Below are positions 62,085 to 64,000 of a stretch of DNA of 64,000 nt, piece by piece; position 1 is the stretch's first letter, and the number at the start of each line of letters is the position of its first letter. Source of the stretch: an uncultured delta proteobacterium (GTDB lineage: Bacteria; Myxococcota_A; Polyangia; Polyangiales; Polyangiaceae); assembly GCA_963696385.1 (NCBI GenBank), contig CAVOKF010000001.1:64001-128000 (forward strand). The letters are read 5' to 3'. Made by a program: the position numbers and the translations under genes. The notes under the pieces are model-generated. The model saw only the letters and a program-made list of their open reading frames with translations. It was not told where the DNA came from and did no database searches.

Positions 62085-62331
62085 CGCCTCGCACGTCGAG
62101 GCGTCGCTCGCAGGCTCAGATGGGAGCGCCGGTCGTGGATTGAGGTCAACGAACCCGGAACTCGGGGTGATTGTTCAACTGGCCACTGGCTGACCGCCAT
62201 CTTGAGCGGGCTCGTCATCTCCTCGTCGTTGCGTTTCCGAAAGAAGCTTCTCTGACAGCGGGCCGGGGTCATCGGGTCGAGCTGCCCGTGTGCGCGCAAC
62301 AAAGAGAGGCCCCATCGAGGACCGAACCGCA

Positions 62332-63966
62332 TTAGCCGTGCCGACCACCGCTCACGACCACTTCGCCTGCCCCGCTGTGGCGCACGCGGACGAGGAATCC
62401 GCCGGAGCCGAGAGGGCGCTCCGTGTAGCCGTCGGCATCCAGCGCTTCGCGCCTCGGTACGGCAACGCCGGCCAGCCGGACGCTTTTCGGCCGAAACGTC
62501 AGTCGCAGGGTGTCGGTCGCGTCCGGATCGAAGTCGGTCCAGGCGACGCGCGCGGCAGCGTAGTCGACATGGGTGACGAGCGAGGTGGAGCGCAGCAAGT
62601 GATCTTGCCCATGGGGAGCCCAATCCGGCACGGCCGCCATGGCCACGAGGAAGTGGCGAATGTAATCCCCGTATCCGTCGCTGAACCAAAAGCCTTCGAT
62701 CGGGTCCTCGGCGACCGCCACGATTCCGTCGTCTCGGCACGCGTACGTGGCCCAGTTGAGTGAACGGCCCGCACGTTCGCGAGCCGCGGGATTGCCGGTG
62801 GCTTCGTACCAGAGGGCCATCGTTGCGCCAAAGCGGGCGGTATGGCTGGCCATCTTCGTCGTGTCGTCTCCCTGCTCGCTCAACACCGTGGCGCCCCACT
62901 GGACACCCCGGTCGAGCCCGGTGTCTCCACCGAACTTCTCGACCGTCCACGACAGCACGTGGCTCACGTGCTCGCGCCAGGAAGGATCGGAGTCCCGGTG
63001 CGACATCAGCCAACTTGCGGTGCGCAGAGCCGAATACTGATTGGGGTTGGTGGCGACGTCCGGATGAATGTCGACATCCTCGAAGTAGCCGCTCCAGGAA
63101 TCGCGGACGATCGGCACGCCCAAAAGCCAAGTCAAGGCGATCTGCCGAGCGCGCGCGTACCCTTCGAGATGGCCGAGCTTCAACCGTTCGAGCTCGTCGA
63201 ACAGCATGATCGCTCCCACCACGTTGGAGGAATAGTCCTCGCGCACCTCGTTCGTCTTGGCGTGGACGCGAAACGGCCATGGCGACGCGACTTCGCTCCC
63301 CGCACGAACATGCTTCGCCAAGGCGTCGGCGCAAGCGACCGCGCCGTCACGAAAGAGGACGTCGCCGGTGATCTCGAACATCTGCAGGTACGCAAACCCG
63401 AGCTCTCCGACTTTGTCGGGCTCAATCACGCCGATGCCGTCGCCACGCCCGCAGAAATCGCACCAGGCATCGTCGGCGCCCCCGTATTCCACGGCGCCGG
63501 CGGCGGCGCTGGCGAAGGGGACGCGAGCCCAGTCCCAATCGGCGGGGGTCGTGCCGTGGGCGAGCTGATGCGAGAGCGCCTTGCGCGCTACCCGAATCGC
63601 GGCGGCGTCGCCGCTGAACGCGTACCAGAGTAGGGCCGAGTCCGTCAGCGCAGCATAGAAGCTCGCGGGATTGTGGGGCCAAGCGATCCCCTCGAACGTC
63701 TGCGGATCGAACCGCGAATACGCGAGCCATGTTTCGAGCCCATTGTCTTGAATGGGAAACTTCGTTTCGAGAGCGTTCCACGCGAGCTCTGCGACGTGCG
63801 CGTAGGGCGAGTCCTGGGTCGACCACGAGAGCAACGTTCGATACCGGTCCAGGCGGACCGGGCGACCGAAGAGAGACTGCGGGTTGGCAAGCCCCGGACC
63901 GGGCTCGACAACGGTCGATGCTGCCACCGCGATGCACGCGAGAACAAGCACGCGGCGCGGCACCAC
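62332..63966 (-). CDS. Secreted hypothetical protein, possibly alpha/alpha-toroid (six-hairpin glycosidase-like)
   Basis: Signal peptide; repeated helical hairpins (WYAFSGD, MFEITGD..F, WYEATGN); Trp/Tyr/Asp-rich loops; beta-rich C-terminus. Confidence 0.6.
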   Translation of the reverse strand: MVPRRVLVLACIAVAASTVVEPGPGLANPQSLFGRPVRLDRYRTLLSWSTQDSPYAHVAELAWNALETKFPIQDNGLETWLAYSRFDPQTFEGIAWPHNPASFYAALTDSALLWYAFSGDAAAIRVARKALSHQLAHGTTPADWDWARVPFASAAAGAVEYGGADDAWCDFCGRGDGIGVIEPDKVGELGFAYLQMFEITGDVLFRDGAVACADALAKHVRAGSEVASPWPFRVHAKTNEVREDYSSNVVGAIMLFDELERLKLGHLEGYARARQIALTWLLGVPIVRDSWSGYFEDVDIHPDVATNPNQYSALRTASWLMSHRDSDPSWREHVSHVLSWTVEKFGGDTGLDRGVQWGATVLSEQGDDTTKMASHTARFGATMALWYEATGNPAARERAGRSLNWATYACRDDGIVAVAEDPIEGFWFSDGYGDYIRHFLVAMAAVPDWAPHGQDHLLRSTSLVTHVDYAAARVAWTDFDPDATDTLRLTFRPKSVRLAGVAVPRREALDADGYTERPLGSGGFLVRVRHSGAGEVVVSGGRHG

Positions 63967-64000
63967 TCGCTCAGGTTAGCCGCTCGTCTTACCCGAGTCA

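Overview
GC-rich, gene-dense window. The gene families suggest a myxobacterium (Polyangiaceae-like); this is inference only. Contents in order: a 5'-truncated TamB-like gene; a complete N-type ATPase operon (atpDCQRBEFAG, minus strand) directly downstream of a sigma54-dependent response regulator; a Ser/Thr kinase; envelope, lipoprotein and signalling genes; a pgm-glgP-HAD-phosphoketolase-aldolase operon; an MFS pump and an Mla/Pqi-type ABC system; a combined caa3 oxidase + Rieske/cytochrome b-c operon. Immediately divergent from that operon is a porin-multiheme cytochrome cluster with about 61 heme-binding motifs in 5 proteins, including a ~25-heme protein hidden by a frameshift, a collagen-stalked hexaheme lipoprotein and a NapC/NirT quinol oxidoreductase. 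This cluster is the strongest candidate for an undescribed system, a trans-envelope electron conduit next to an aerobic III-IV module. Other signals: all three frameshifts I found sit at the same TCGAATC context (TCGATC plus one extra A); many sigma54-like -24/-12 promoters with very short leaders; four near-perfect in-frame tandem repeats; and a lipoprotein with a long (T-x)n array. I recognised no rRNA, tRNA, CRISPR array or mobile element. All calls are from visual motif recognition; no database searches were run.
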